A DNA stretch of 64,000 nucleotides from NCBI GenBank assembly GCA_016186795.1, contig JACPKY010000002.1, positions 925,892-989,891 on the forward strand, written 5' to 3'. The notes beneath the pieces are model-generated. The model saw only the letters and a program-made list of their open reading frames with translations, was not told where the DNA came from and did not search any database. This document shows positions 1 through 9,282 of this stretch, piece after piece (positions within the stretch are counted from its first letter, which is position 1; each line of letters starts with the position of its first letter). The position numbers and the translations under genes are program-made. Origin of the DNA: Candidatus Gottesmanbacteria bacterium. Its GTDB lineage: Bacteria; Patescibacteriota; Microgenomatia; 2-02-FULL-39-11.

Positions 1-211
1 GACACCGAAGGATACGAAGAATTCCCCGCGTGAATCCCCATATTGTACCATATCGGATTATTGCCTCATACATATATGAAGAACATGAGGGTTGGAACCT
101 ACACGGTGATGATACTCCCAAAATACGGAAAAGATGCTTTGATGATTTTTGATACGTCGTAACTAAAGAAAGCACACTTTTTTGGAAAATCGAAAGAGGT
201 TTTTTCCTCAT
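1..211 (-). CDS. yidD: Membrane protein insertion efficiency factor YidD (partial, runs off window start)
   Basis: Manual translation [10 protein letters not shown]...[35 protein letters not shown] shows the CRF.P.CS.Y..EAI..YG...RI.RC signature; ATG overlaps the rnpA stop (ATGA); canonical rpmH-rnpA-yidD synteny. Confidence 0.93.
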   Translation of the reverse strand, partial: MRKKPLSIFQKSVLSLVTTYQKSSKHLFRILGVSSPCRFQPSCSSYMYEAIIRYGTIWGFTRGILRILRC

Positions 212-555
212 GCCTTTTGTATTGAAGTAAACGTATTTTCCATTAAATTTTTTAATTCGCTTTTCATCTGTGTAAACGATGTATCTTTTGAAAATTTGTG
301 CACTCTTATACAGATATCTTTGTGATTTTGTGCCTGAAGATACTCGGTTCGTATTTCTTCCTCAAGAAAACGACGTATCTTGTTTCTGAAACTCGCACGT
401 TTATCAACTGATTTGGGAATAAGGATAACGAACCGAGGGGTGTTTCGATGAGACTCTTTAGAAATAACAGTAAGGTGCATCGTAGTTTTCTTCCGAGAAT
501 ATTTCTTCGAGTGGAAAAACTCAGGAGCTTTAATACGAAACAATTTTGGAAGCAT
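208..555 (-). CDS. rnpA: Ribonuclease P protein component
   Basis: [15 protein letters not shown] (RNR-motif equivalent), basic 115 aa, lies between rpmH and yidD. Confidence 0.88.
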   Translation of the reverse strand: MLPKLFRIKAPEFFHSKKYSRKKTTMHLTVISKESHRNTPRFVILIPKSVDKRASFRNKIRRFLEEEIRTEYLQAQNHKDICIRVHKFSKDTSFTQMKSELKNLMENTFTSIQKA

Positions 556-559
556 GAGG

Positions 560-697
560 TTAAATACTTTGTCGCTTTCTTCCTCGTGCGATCCTTCGTT
601 TAATTACCTTTCGACCGTTATGTGTTCTCATTCTTTGCAAAAACCCATGAACTCTCTGGCGTTTCATTTTTTTGGGCTGATACGCTCGTTTTGGCAT
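560..697 (-). CDS. rpmH: 50S ribosomal protein L34
   Basis: Manual translation [45 protein letters not shown] (45 aa; below the ORF-track cutoff). Confidence 0.97.
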   Translation of the reverse strand: MPKRAYQPKKMKRQRVHGFLQRMRTHNGRKVIKRRIARGRKRQSI

Positions 698-780
698 GCG
701 GGTATCATAGCATATTTTCCTTTTTTAGAAAACTGATCCGGTGGGTATACAGAATGTATTACTTCTGTATCCTTGACAAT

Positions 781-809
781 TGTGGATAACTTTCTTAGCA
801 TGTGGATAA
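781..809. promoter_or_regulatory. Two perfect DnaA boxes upstream of dnaA
   Basis: TGTGGATAA (reverse complement of TTATCCACA) at 781-789 and 801-809. Confidence 0.85.
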
Positions 810-863
810 TTCACCCCCTCCGTAGTCTCGATGCAATCGGGACAAAGGAGGATCTATTATCTT

Positions 864-2195
864 ATGGACACTCAAACGCTTTGGCAAATCGTCCTTGCTG
901 ACCTTGAGGTGCAAGTGGGGAAAGTTATGTTCCAGACGTTTCTTTCTCAGACCAAACTTCTGGAATTATCTGATCAAACCGCAACAATCGGTTGTACTCA
1001 GCCATTCCTTTTAAGCCTCATTGAAAAACGGTATTATCCTCTTATTAAAAAAACGCTCGACTCCTATACCAAATTAGATACAACGCTTTTGTTTAAACCC
1101 ATTTCAGGACCTCCAAAAACAACCATCGATGGGCCTCTATTTCATGTAAAACCGCAGCAAAACATGTCCACGTCTCGCGTTAGGCTTCACCCAGAATACA
1201 CCTTTGAAAATTTCGCGGTTTCTTCTTCAAATCAGATGGCATACGCAGCAGCAACCGCGGTATCACAAAAACCAGCCGTATCGTATAATCCGCTCTTTCT
1301 CTATGGTGGGGTGGGCGTTGGAAAAACTCATCTTATGCAGGCAATTGCTCATATTATGATCAAAAACCGCTCTCAAACGAAACTCACGTACTGCACAGGT
1401 GAAGAATTCACCAATGAAATTATTGAAGCGATTGGAAACAAATCAACGGTTTCGTTTAAGAAAAAGTATCGAAATCTCAACCTTCTCCTTATTGACGATA
1501 TCCAATTTATTGCTGGAAAAAATGCCGTGCAGGAAGAGTTTTTCCATACGTTTAATGCAATTCAACAATCTGGCGGTCAAATCATTCTCACATCAGATAA
1601 ACCCCCTGAGGAAATACCTAGACTTGAGGCCCGTTTACAATCCCGTTTCGAAGGTGGGCTTAGTATCGATATTGGGCCTCCGGATTTTGAGCTTCGGACA
1701 GCAATCCTTCTTATTAAAGCGAAACAGCGAGATGTTGCGCTTCCGATTAATCTTGCAAAACTCATTGCAACAAGCGTTGAAAATCCTCGAAAACTTGAAG
1801 GCGTACTCGTCCGAGCTCTTACTGAATCGCAAACACAAGGTGTTCCTTTGGATGAGGATTTAATCAGATCAATACTTGGTAAAACCGCAAAGAAGGTAGA
1901 AAAAACTGCCGTTTCTCCGCAGAAGGCACTCCAGGTTGTTGCTTCATATTACCACCTTACACTCACTCAGCTTAAAGGAGCAAAAAGAGATCGTGCGGTT
2001 AGTCTCCCTCGACAAGTTTTATACTACATTCTTAGGTCAGAACTGAACGTACCACTTGTCGATATTGGAAATATTGTCGGCGGACGAGATCATACAACAA
2101 TTCTTTACGGTGTTAGAAAAATCTCAGATCTTCTACAGGTAAATAAAACAATCAATGGGGATATTTTAGGGATAAAGCAACAACTTCTTGAATAA
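864..2195 (+). CDS. dnaA: Chromosomal replication initiator DnaA
   Basis: YNPLFLYGGVGVGKTHL Walker A, LLLIDDIQF Walker B, GGRDHTT domain IV; start placed at ATG 864 after AAGGAGG (ORF track starts at 831). Confidence 0.98.
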   Translation: MDTQTLWQIVLADLEVQVGKVMFQTFLSQTKLLELSDQTATIGCTQPFLLSLIEKRYYPLIKKTLDSYTKLDTTLLFKPISGPPKTTIDGPLFHVKPQQNMSTSRVRLHPEYTFENFAVSSSNQMAYAAATAVSQKPAVSYNPLFLYGGVGVGKTHLMQAIAHIMIKNRSQTKLTYCTGEEFTNEIIEAIGNKSTVSFKKKYRNLNLLLIDDIQFIAGKNAVQEEFFHTFNAIQQSGGQIILTSDKPPEEIPRLEARLQSRFEGGLSIDIGPPDFELRTAILLIKAKQRDVALPINLAKLIATSVENPRKLEGVLVRALTESQTQGVPLDEDLIRSILGKTAKKVEKTAVSPQKALQVVASYYHLTLTQLKGAKRDRAVSLPRQVLYYILRSELNVPLVDIGNIVGGRDHTTILYGVRKISDLLQVNKTINGDILGIKQQLLE

Positions 2196-2372
2196 GTATG
2201 AATAGTATCAACTTATCCACATTTTCGTGGTAAATATCCCCAGAACTATCCACATCTATTGGGGGTCTTTGTACACATGATAAACAGATGGTTTTTCTCA
2301 TCCTTGACTGCTTTTTTGAAATTGCGTACACTTATCAACACTCTCTATAACTAATAATACTATTTACATCTT
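2196..2372. other. Probable replication origin (oriC) in the dnaA-dnaN intergenic region
   Basis: TTATCCACA 2213-2221, CTATCCACA 2246-2254, TTATCAACA 2332-2340 followed by AT-rich TATAACTAATAATACTATT resembling a DnaA-trio run. Confidence 0.8.
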
Positions 2373-3482
2373 ATGCATTTCTTAGTACTGAAAGAAAATA
2401 TCCAAAAGATATTGACAATTGCAGGTAGAAATATTTCGAATAGACCACAACTTCCTATTCTTTCAAATATTCTTCTTAAAACAGAAAACGGAAAACTTAC
2501 CCTTGCAGTAACAAATCTCGAAATAGGGGTGATTTTCACTATCCCAGCAAAAATTGAAAAAGAAGGAGAAACAACCATTCCAGGGAAACTTCTGACCGAA
2601 TTCGTTTCACTTCTTTCAGCTGAAAAAATAGAGTTTTTATTGGAGGGGACAAATCTTCGCGTACTAACAAATAAAACAAAAGCGTCATTTTCAACAACTC
2701 CCCCAGCAGATTTTCCGCCGTTTCCGAAACCCCCAGAGATAAAAAATATGTTTTCATTTACAAAAATAAAAGACGCACTCACACATACAGTATTTGCAGC
2801 ATCACTTGACGAAGGAAGACCTGTTTTAACCGGAGTGAAAACTGTTGTTTCTAATGGGAAACTTACTCTCTCGGCAACCGACGGATACCGGTTATCGATG
2901 GAAAACGTTGATATTCCCGATAAAAAAGAAGAATTTACCCTGATACTTCCCTCCCAAACATTAACAGAAGTTATGCGTATTGCAGCTGATTTGAAAGTTG
3001 AGGATGTCGGATTTTCAATTATTGAAAATAAAAATCAAGCAGTGTTTACTTTTCCACAGGTTCATGTTTTTACTCGCCTTATTGATGGAGAATTTCCAAA
3101 CGTTGAGAAAATTATTCCAACCATGTTTAAAACAAAAGTGACGGTTGGGAGAGAGGAGCTTTTGCAATCGGTAAAAACAGCATCACTTTTTGCGCGTAGT
3201 GCTGCCAATATTGTGAAGGTAAAAGTTGAAAAAGAAGGTTTACGATTAAGCGCCGTAACTCCGCAGATTGGTGAGGATGAAGATTTCATTGAAACAAAGG
3301 TTGAGGGAGAGGAGGGAGAAATAGCGTTTAACTACCGGTTCCTTATGGATCTTCTCAATAATTTCCCCGAAGAAGAAGTGGTGTTTGAGATGTCTGGACC
3401 ACTTAATCCTGGGGTATTTAAACCCGCATCCGGAAAATCACCATTTCTTCATATTATCATGCCTGTCCGGATACAATCGTAA
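2373..3482 (+). CDS. dnaN: DNA polymerase III beta sliding clamp
   Basis: LPILSNILL, ATDGYRLS, RLIDGEFP and C-terminal IMPVR motifs; follows dnaA. Confidence 0.98.
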   Translation: MHFLVLKENIQKILTIAGRNISNRPQLPILSNILLKTENGKLTLAVTNLEIGVIFTIPAKIEKEGETTIPGKLLTEFVSLLSAEKIEFLLEGTNLRVLTNKTKASFSTTPPADFPPFPKPPEIKNMFSFTKIKDALTHTVFAASLDEGRPVLTGVKTVVSNGKLTLSATDGYRLSMENVDIPDKKEEFTLILPSQTLTEVMRIAADLKVEDVGFSIIENKNQAVFTFPQVHVFTRLIDGEFPNVEKIIPTMFKTKVTVGREELLQSVKTASLFARSAANIVKVKVEKEGLRLSAVTPQIGEDEDFIETKVEGEEGEIAFNYRFLMDLLNNFPEEEVVFEMSGPLNPGVFKPASGKSPFLHIIMPVRIQS

Positions 3483-3491
3483 CAACATTTC

Positions 3492-4949
3492 TCAACGAAG
3501 CGTTACTTGTTGATTTGGCGAAAGATAGGTTTGGGTAAACACCGTCCACTCGGCCTCTTTTGGTGAAGTACGAAGTAAAAATGCGCTTTCAAACGTATTC
3601 CAGTTTGAGGATTGGACTGAGGAGATAATTTCTGGGTCAGAGTACGTGTTGCTACTAAAAAGAGACGTTCCTCCTATAACAAGGAGAAATGGGAGAAGAA
3701 CAGCTCCGCTAACAATTCCACCAATGACAAACTTTAACACTTGATCACTAAGACCTCCTGATAAGAAACTAAGAATATCTTTCGCAAGGAGTGCTTCTCC
3801 TAATCCAGGAATCGCTTTTCCAGCAAGATTTGCAAGCTTGCCTAATTTCCCACCAAGACGTCCAAGTTTTGACAACATTGAGCCTTCTTTTCCAAGCCCA
3901 AGGAAAGAGCCTACTCTCTGACCAGCCTCTCTGAAAGCACCGCCGAGGCCTGACTGCGAGATTCCAGATGAGATTGGGTTTATAAATGAGGATATTCGAG
4001 ATTGAATATTTGCTATGAAATCCGACCATCCTTTTTGTAGATTGGCGATAAAAGGGTTTTTTGTAGGTGCTGGACGTGCCACCGGAGGTGGATGAGCGGT
4101 TGGTGCTGGATGAGTAGTGGTTGTCGGTTGTCCGCCTTGGGGTTGTTGTGGTTGATTGGGGGGCGGAGGACCCTTTTTTGGTGATGGATATTCTCGCTTC
4201 AATGTTTCTTTCACCTTTAGTCTTGCCATGTCCATTTTCGCGTTTTCAACGTTTCTGACGTTTTGTGTTTTGGCAACAAACTGAGAACCTTTTTCTTCAT
4301 CCAATGTTTTTACTCGTTCAGCAACAAGCTTCTCTTTCTCTTTTTTGGGCAGATTTTTTGTCGTTGGGTCTTTTTCAATACCATCGACAACTTGTTTTTG
4401 GAGGAATTGTTTTCTTGCTTCAGTTCGCATCGCTTCTTGGAGAGAAATCCCTTCTTCTTTTGCGGTTTTTAGTGCACTTTCTGTTACTTTTTTCATTTGC
4501 TCATCTGAGAATCCATAGACTGACCTCATTCCTTCTGAATAGGATGGAGCAGATGTTTTTCGAATATTGTCTTTTTCGCTATCAAAAATAGTAATCGTTT
4601 TTAGTGCTCGTTTTGCTTTAGCAACTTCTTCCTTTTTATTTTTACCTCGCTGAAGGATTCGTCCGTATCGATCGTGAAGTTGGACGCCGCGAATGACTCG
4701 TTGTCGATATAGTGGATCTTTGAGAAGTTTTTCAGGGTCAATATTTTCAAGAAGTTTTCCTGCGTCGTGAATTTCTAGTCCATGGGTTGCAGCTCCAAAT
4801 GAGGTGGCTAGAAGAGCGAGACCTGAAATTTTGTTTTGCTCACCAAACCCCGATTGCATTGCCTCAATTTGTGCAATTTCCCAGTCAGTTAAGCCTTTAT
4901 ACTCTTCCTGTTCTTGTTCTGACTGTGCTTGTGGAGGTGTTGCAGACAT
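3492..4949 (-). CDS. Hypothetical protein: helical N-terminus, Pro/Gln linker, Gly-rich amphipathic region, C-terminal TM helix; last gene of the T4SS-like run
   Basis: 485-aa ORF; hydrophobic FVIGGIVSGAVLLPFLLVIGG; co-oriented downstream of the VirB4-like gene. Confidence 0.7.
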   Translation of the reverse strand: MSATPPQAQSEQEQEEYKGLTDWEIAQIEAMQSGFGEQNKISGLALLATSFGAATHGLEIHDAGKLLENIDPEKLLKDPLYRQRVIRGVQLHDRYGRILQRGKNKKEEVAKAKRALKTITIFDSEKDNIRKTSAPSYSEGMRSVYGFSDEQMKKVTESALKTAKEEGISLQEAMRTEARKQFLQKQVVDGIEKDPTTKNLPKKEKEKLVAERVKTLDEEKGSQFVAKTQNVRNVENAKMDMARLKVKETLKREYPSPKKGPPPPNQPQQPQGGQPTTTTHPAPTAHPPPVARPAPTKNPFIANLQKGWSDFIANIQSRISSFINPISSGISQSGLGGAFREAGQRVGSFLGLGKEGSMLSKLGRLGGKLGKLANLAGKAIPGLGEALLAKDILSFLSGGLSDQVLKFVIGGIVSGAVLLPFLLVIGGTSLFSSNTYSDPEIISSVQSSNWNTFESAFLLRTSPKEAEWTVFTQTYLSPNQQVTLR

Positions 4950-5003
4950 AAGGAATCTTTTTGTTTATTTTATTATACGCTGAAATACTAGAGATGCTCA
5001 AAC

Positions 5004-7070
5004 TTATGGAGTCGATGGTGTTGGAGAGGTTATAGGTGCAGGTGACGCTTGACTTGGTTCTGGTTTAGTTGGCGGTGGAGATTGTGGGAATTGGACGTTA
5101 CTTTCAAGCGTTACAGATGATTGTAACGATTGAGGTTCAGAAGTTTGTTGAGTTTCATAGGATGTTTCTTGAGTTTCCTGAGGTTTGGATGTAGCAAGAT
5201 GATGTTCCTCAGATGAAGCAATGACTTGTATAGCAGCATGGGCAGTTCCGGCAAAGAAGAGTCCTTCTCCGACGTTTGCAGAAAGCAAGAAATGCTTTTC
5301 ACCACTTGAGAGGTAGAATACCTCAGCAAGTTTATCTATCGCTGCAGACGATTGTTTAAGGAGGATTTGTAAACTGGAATTGGTGATGATTGCTTTCCCA
5401 TGATCGGTTGAGAGAAAATCTTCCACATCCTGAGTGATGGTTGTTACCCCCAAGAAATATTTTCTTGCCCGTTTGGCAATGCCATAGAGAAAGGTTGCAG
5501 AGTCTGGGTGTTTCATAAGATACCACGCCTCATCAACAACGAGGATACGCTTCTTAACCGACCGTTTTATCTTGGTCCAGATAGAGTCTAGAATAATATA
5601 CATTGCAATTGGACGAAGCTCTTCCTCAAGTTCACGGATGGAAAAAACAGTTAAACGATTTTTCAAGTTCAGATTGGACTGTTGGTTAAATATTCCCGCA
5701 AGGCTTCCTTTGACGAATTTTTCCAACCGTTCCGCTAAATGTTTTGCCGTTTCTTCCTCCATTCCAAGGAGTGTTTTATATAAATCTTCAATAAGGGGCG
5801 GTTCATTTTTTTGCGTTGCCGGATCTGGAGTAATACCTTTCTGTTTGTAGGTAAGGACGAGCGCTCGATCAAGGAGAGCATCTTCCGCAGGGGTCAGTTG
5901 CCCCATGACGACTCGCATCAGGCCGTGGAGGGAAAGAATTTTTAGTCCTAATTCATTTTCTCCCTCCTCAAAAATTCCCGAAAGGTCGAAAGGGTTAATT
6001 TTTACAGGAGAAGTAAAGGAAAATTCAATAAGTTCTCCACCAAGAGCGCGTGTTAGCTCCTTGTATTCACCTTCAGGATCGATAATAAACACCTCTGTTC
6101 CAAAAAGAAGATGCCGCATCGTTTCAAGTTTGACAAGAAAACTTTTTCCGCCACCAGATTTACCAAAGACTACTGAGTTTGAGTTTTCCAAACTAAAGCG
6201 GTCAAAAATAACCAAACTTCCATCATGTTCGTTAATACCGTATAAAATTCCTTCGTTGGCAGTAAGAGATGCTGTTGTAAAGGGAAACGTCGTTGCAAGA
6301 GATGTAGTATCCATGTTTCTGGAAATCCCAAGCTTGTCAACCCCCATGGGGAGTGTTGAGTGGAAACCATCTTCTTGGGAAAGTGTTGCGTGTTTTGGGA
6401 TAATGAGGAGCGCTCCAAGACTTGATTCAACTTCCTTTGAAATGCGGCTTAATTCCTCCATTGATTCTCCTGGAATAGTGACATAGAGACTAAATTGGAA
6501 AAAACGTTCAGCGCCTTTTGCAAGTTGCGCCTGAAGCGCAAGGGCATCATCAAGGGCTACTTGAACCGAAGGATCAACAACTTTCCCCCTCTTCATGTCG
6601 GTTTGGACCGTTGCCTCCATCTCGGCAATTTTCCGCTTCAGATCTTCAAGGATAACTTTTGACTCCGTCGGATAACAAAACATTGAGATAAAAAGGGAAT
6701 GGTCAAACGAGAGAATCGGATGGAGCCAATTTGCTGAAACAAACCGCGGATAGCCCGCGACAAAAAGAGTGCGGTAATAACTATTATTTATTCGAATATT
6801 GTCAAAATCTACCTCAACAAGAGATGGAGCAATGAGGTCTTTAATATTCACCATTCCTTTGGCGAGTGTTTTTGCTGCGTCACGGAGTTTCGTATTCTGC
6901 GCTTGTCCTACCGTTCCTACGACGTGACTTACAGCGTGAGGAGTAGTAGAGTGTGAAACAGGTGGGACATGTGAAGTAATAGGTTTTTGTACAGATCCAC
7001 TCTGAATTGGATGCGGCAGTTGTGTTGTTTGAGTCGGTTGTGGTTTTTTGGAGAAAAACGGCAAATTCAT
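5004..7070 (-). CDS. virB4: VirB4/TraC/ConE-like type IV secretion ATPase
   Basis: TFPF, Walker A GKSGGGKS, IIDPEGEY, INPFD, Walker B ILVVDEAW, KRARKY and ITQDVEDFL motifs. Confidence 0.9.
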   Translation of the reverse strand: MNLPFFSKKPQPTQTTQLPHPIQSGSVQKPITSHVPPVSHSTTPHAVSHVVGTVGQAQNTKLRDAAKTLAKGMVNIKDLIAPSLVEVDFDNIRINNSYYRTLFVAGYPRFVSANWLHPILSFDHSLFISMFCYPTESKVILEDLKRKIAEMEATVQTDMKRGKVVDPSVQVALDDALALQAQLAKGAERFFQFSLYVTIPGESMEELSRISKEVESSLGALLIIPKHATLSQEDGFHSTLPMGVDKLGISRNMDTTSLATTFPFTTASLTANEGILYGINEHDGSLVIFDRFSLENSNSVVFGKSGGGKSFLVKLETMRHLLFGTEVFIIDPEGEYKELTRALGGELIEFSFTSPVKINPFDLSGIFEEGENELGLKILSLHGLMRVVMGQLTPAEDALLDRALVLTYKQKGITPDPATQKNEPPLIEDLYKTLLGMEEETAKHLAERLEKFVKGSLAGIFNQQSNLNLKNRLTVFSIRELEEELRPIAMYIILDSIWTKIKRSVKKRILVVDEAWYLMKHPDSATFLYGIAKRARKYFLGVTTITQDVEDFLSTDHGKAIITNSSLQILLKQSSAAIDKLAEVFYLSSGEKHFLLSANVGEGLFFAGTAHAAIQVIASSEEHHLATSKPQETQETSYETQQTSEPQSLQSSVTLESNVQFPQSPPPTKPEPSQASPAPITSPTPSTP

Positions 7071-7747
7071 TATGTAATCCTTCCTAATCCTTCAACGAGC
7101 GGTTTGCCGTATCCTGAAATTTCTCCCAATTTTTCACCTGTCATTGTTGGGTTGTAGAGGTTGTAGAAGATCTCGACAAGCTCTTGTGTCGTAAGTTGTC
7201 TTCCTCGTAGCCCAAACCGATTCAACTGTCGTAGTAAATGATCACGTTTCGGCAAAAGTGATGTTTTTGCACGAGAAAGGATATAGTCTTTGGAAAAAGG
7301 AAGTTTTTTCTTCTTTCCAAATGCCCCTTTTACTCCCAGTTCTAAACTTGAGAAGGAGATGACGATATAAAATCTTTTTTCCAATACTCGGTTTTCTTTG
7401 ACAATTGAGAGGATAAATTCCTTATACCGACGAAGCCTTTCTTTCAAAATAACGTCAACTTGAGTTTCTTCGACCTGAGTTATCAGCTCAATATACGAAG
7501 AAATATCCATCCGCTTGGAAAGAATGACAATTTGAAGAGGAAAAGAGAGAGAGTTCAAAAGCGATGCATAGGCGTAAATAAGCGCATCCTGCTCATCTTC
7601 AGAAAGAAGGCCAAAGTTTACCGCAGTTGTTTCGACAAGAAGCGCCGCGGATCCATCTTGAAGTATAAGAATATCATCGGCGATATCCTCTATTCCTAAA
7701 AAATCTTGTGTTGTTGCTCGAATTGGACTGGAGGTTGGTTGTGCCAT
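7070..7747 (-). CDS. TraC/VirB4 N-terminal-like accessory protein of the CPR-type T4SS cluster
   Basis: TQDFLGIEDI, VNFGLLSEDEQDALI, LNSLSFPLQI motifs; 1-nt overlap with the virB4 start. Confidence 0.75.
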   Translation of the reverse strand: MAQPTSSPIRATTQDFLGIEDIADDILILQDGSAALLVETTAVNFGLLSEDEQDALIYAYASLLNSLSFPLQIVILSKRMDISSYIELITQVEETQVDVILKERLRRYKEFILSIVKENRVLEKRFYIVISFSSLELGVKGAFGKKKKLPFSKDYILSRAKTSLLPKRDHLLRQLNRFGLRGRQLTTQELVEIFYNLYNPTMTGEKLGEISGYGKPLVEGLGRIT

Positions 7748-7815
7748 ATATATATTATGAAAACTCGCTACACAAAACTCAAATGGCTGGTTATAAATTG
7801 CGGATTTGAGATTTC

Positions 7816-9123
7816 TTACGAATTTACGCTCCCAAATAGTTCTTTTGTGAGTTTTTCGCGCATGAGTTCACGTTCACCCTTTGCCAGGATTTCAATTGGA
7901 GGGAAAATGTTCCCCGAAAGAGTAATTTCAGCGATATCAAAAAAGTACCGCTTCAACGGATCTTCCATTTCCAAATGATATACGCCGTTTGACAATGGGG
8001 TTGCAGTAGAAAACTGGCCAAGCTTATTGGTTTTAAGTGCCCGAAGCGGTGTTCCGTTTTTGTCTTTAATGGTGACAATAATATTGGGAAGGAATTTTTT
8101 CTGCGGATCCTGAATGATCCCCACAATCATATTTGGGTATTGAGGGAAAGTCGCACCGATTTCTTTGGCTGTTGACGTTTGGGCGATCGTTTGGATTGTT
8201 GGTGGTTTTACCTCTTTCAACGCTGTTGGTGTCACAACTTCTGGCTGTTTGAGTTTTGCCAATTCTTCATGGAGACGTTTCAGTTCATTTTCTAGCGCCT
8301 CTTTCTCTTTTGCAATTTGATCCCACTTTTTTTGATAATTTTCCTTCCCCACCATAGGTGCAGTGTTTGTTAGAGGTGGTGAAACAGGATGTGTTTGGGC
8401 AATTGGTGTGGTACCGGCAGATGCAGGGACAGGAGGTTCTTGTGAAGGTTTTTGAGGTGTGGTATTTGGCGATGGCGCAATTGTGCTCTTTTGGGGTGAT
8501 GGACCGATAGGTACGTTTGATTGCAGTTTTTGACTAGGTGCTGAAAGAATTGTTTTGGGGACAGCATGTATTTGGTGAGGTACGGTGTGTGGTCGGCTAG
8601 CAATAACTGTATGAGTGCTGGAAGTGTTGGTATGAGGTTGTGGACCAAAAAGAGAAAGCGTATTTTCAAGATATTTTTTTTCAGCAAGGTTGAGATTTTC
8701 GTGTGGTTTTGAAGGGACAGTTGCCAGATACGCGGCTAGTTTTGATTTCGCTTCATTATGCTGAATGAGGTGTGTTGTGTTTGTGACCTGAATTCTGACA
8801 ACCGATGGTTGAGAAAACATATCGGCAATGATACTTTCCTTATGCCAGAGGTATTGTGTTGGAGAGAAGATGCTTCGTATGAAAGCCAAAAGCCATTTAT
8901 CAAGCGGTCGTTCCTGAATTGGGAGAAACGCAAATGCGACACCGCAAAACCCAAACAGGGCAGCGAGGGGAATATTTATAATCTGTGGAAGCGGTGAGAG
9001 ACGAAAGGTGACATACGCGATGAATGCGCCGCCGGCAAGATATCCGAATTGCCGAAGCGTCATGTCACCGATGAGGTGAAACTCAAAACTTGAAATGTTT
9101 CGAGGGACAGGATGTTGCTCCAT
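7816..9123 (-). CDS. PrgI-family membrane protein with Pro-rich linker, coiled coil and C-terminal carboxypeptidase-regulatory-like beta-sandwich
   Basis: N-terminal QHPVPRNISSFEFHLIGDMTLRQF plus two TM helices and ERPLDKW (PrgI); C-terminal GIIQD...IVTIKD...TNKLGQF. Confidence 0.82.
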   Translation of the reverse strand: MEQHPVPRNISSFEFHLIGDMTLRQFGYLAGGAFIAYVTFRLSPLPQIINIPLAALFGFCGVAFAFLPIQERPLDKWLLAFIRSIFSPTQYLWHKESIIADMFSQPSVVRIQVTNTTHLIQHNEAKSKLAAYLATVPSKPHENLNLAEKKYLENTLSLFGPQPHTNTSSTHTVIASRPHTVPHQIHAVPKTILSAPSQKLQSNVPIGPSPQKSTIAPSPNTTPQKPSQEPPVPASAGTTPIAQTHPVSPPLTNTAPMVGKENYQKKWDQIAKEKEALENELKRLHEELAKLKQPEVVTPTALKEVKPPTIQTIAQTSTAKEIGATFPQYPNMIVGIIQDPQKKFLPNIIVTIKDKNGTPLRALKTNKLGQFSTATPLSNGVYHLEMEDPLKRYFFDIAEITLSGNIFPPIEILAKGERELMREKLTKELFGSVNS

Positions 9124-9282
9124 AGATATTTTACTTATCCTATACTAGCGTAAAATGTGAAAAATAGCCTTGCAACTACCATGTAGTAGGTCAAAGTACA
9201 ACGCAACTAGATTAATATTGCGTGAAAAATTTCATTATCGAGTATTGACAGGTGGGATAGGCATTTGGTTAACTAGAACTAT

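Noticed and set aside
554-736. 60-aa plus-strand ORF
   Set aside because: Antisense shadow of rpmH, which is clearly encoded on the minus strand
1138-1153. parS-like TATTTCATGTAAAACC in dnaA
   Set aside because: Four mismatches to TGTTTCACGTGAAACA and a single copy; not supportable
3492-9123. Integrative conjugative element or prophage
   Set aside because: No integrase, relaxase, coupling protein, att repeats or phage structural genes recognised in the window
9188-9210. Possible CtsR box upstream of clpC (GGTCAAA)
   Set aside because: Only one half-site; no second heptad repeat and no CIRCE
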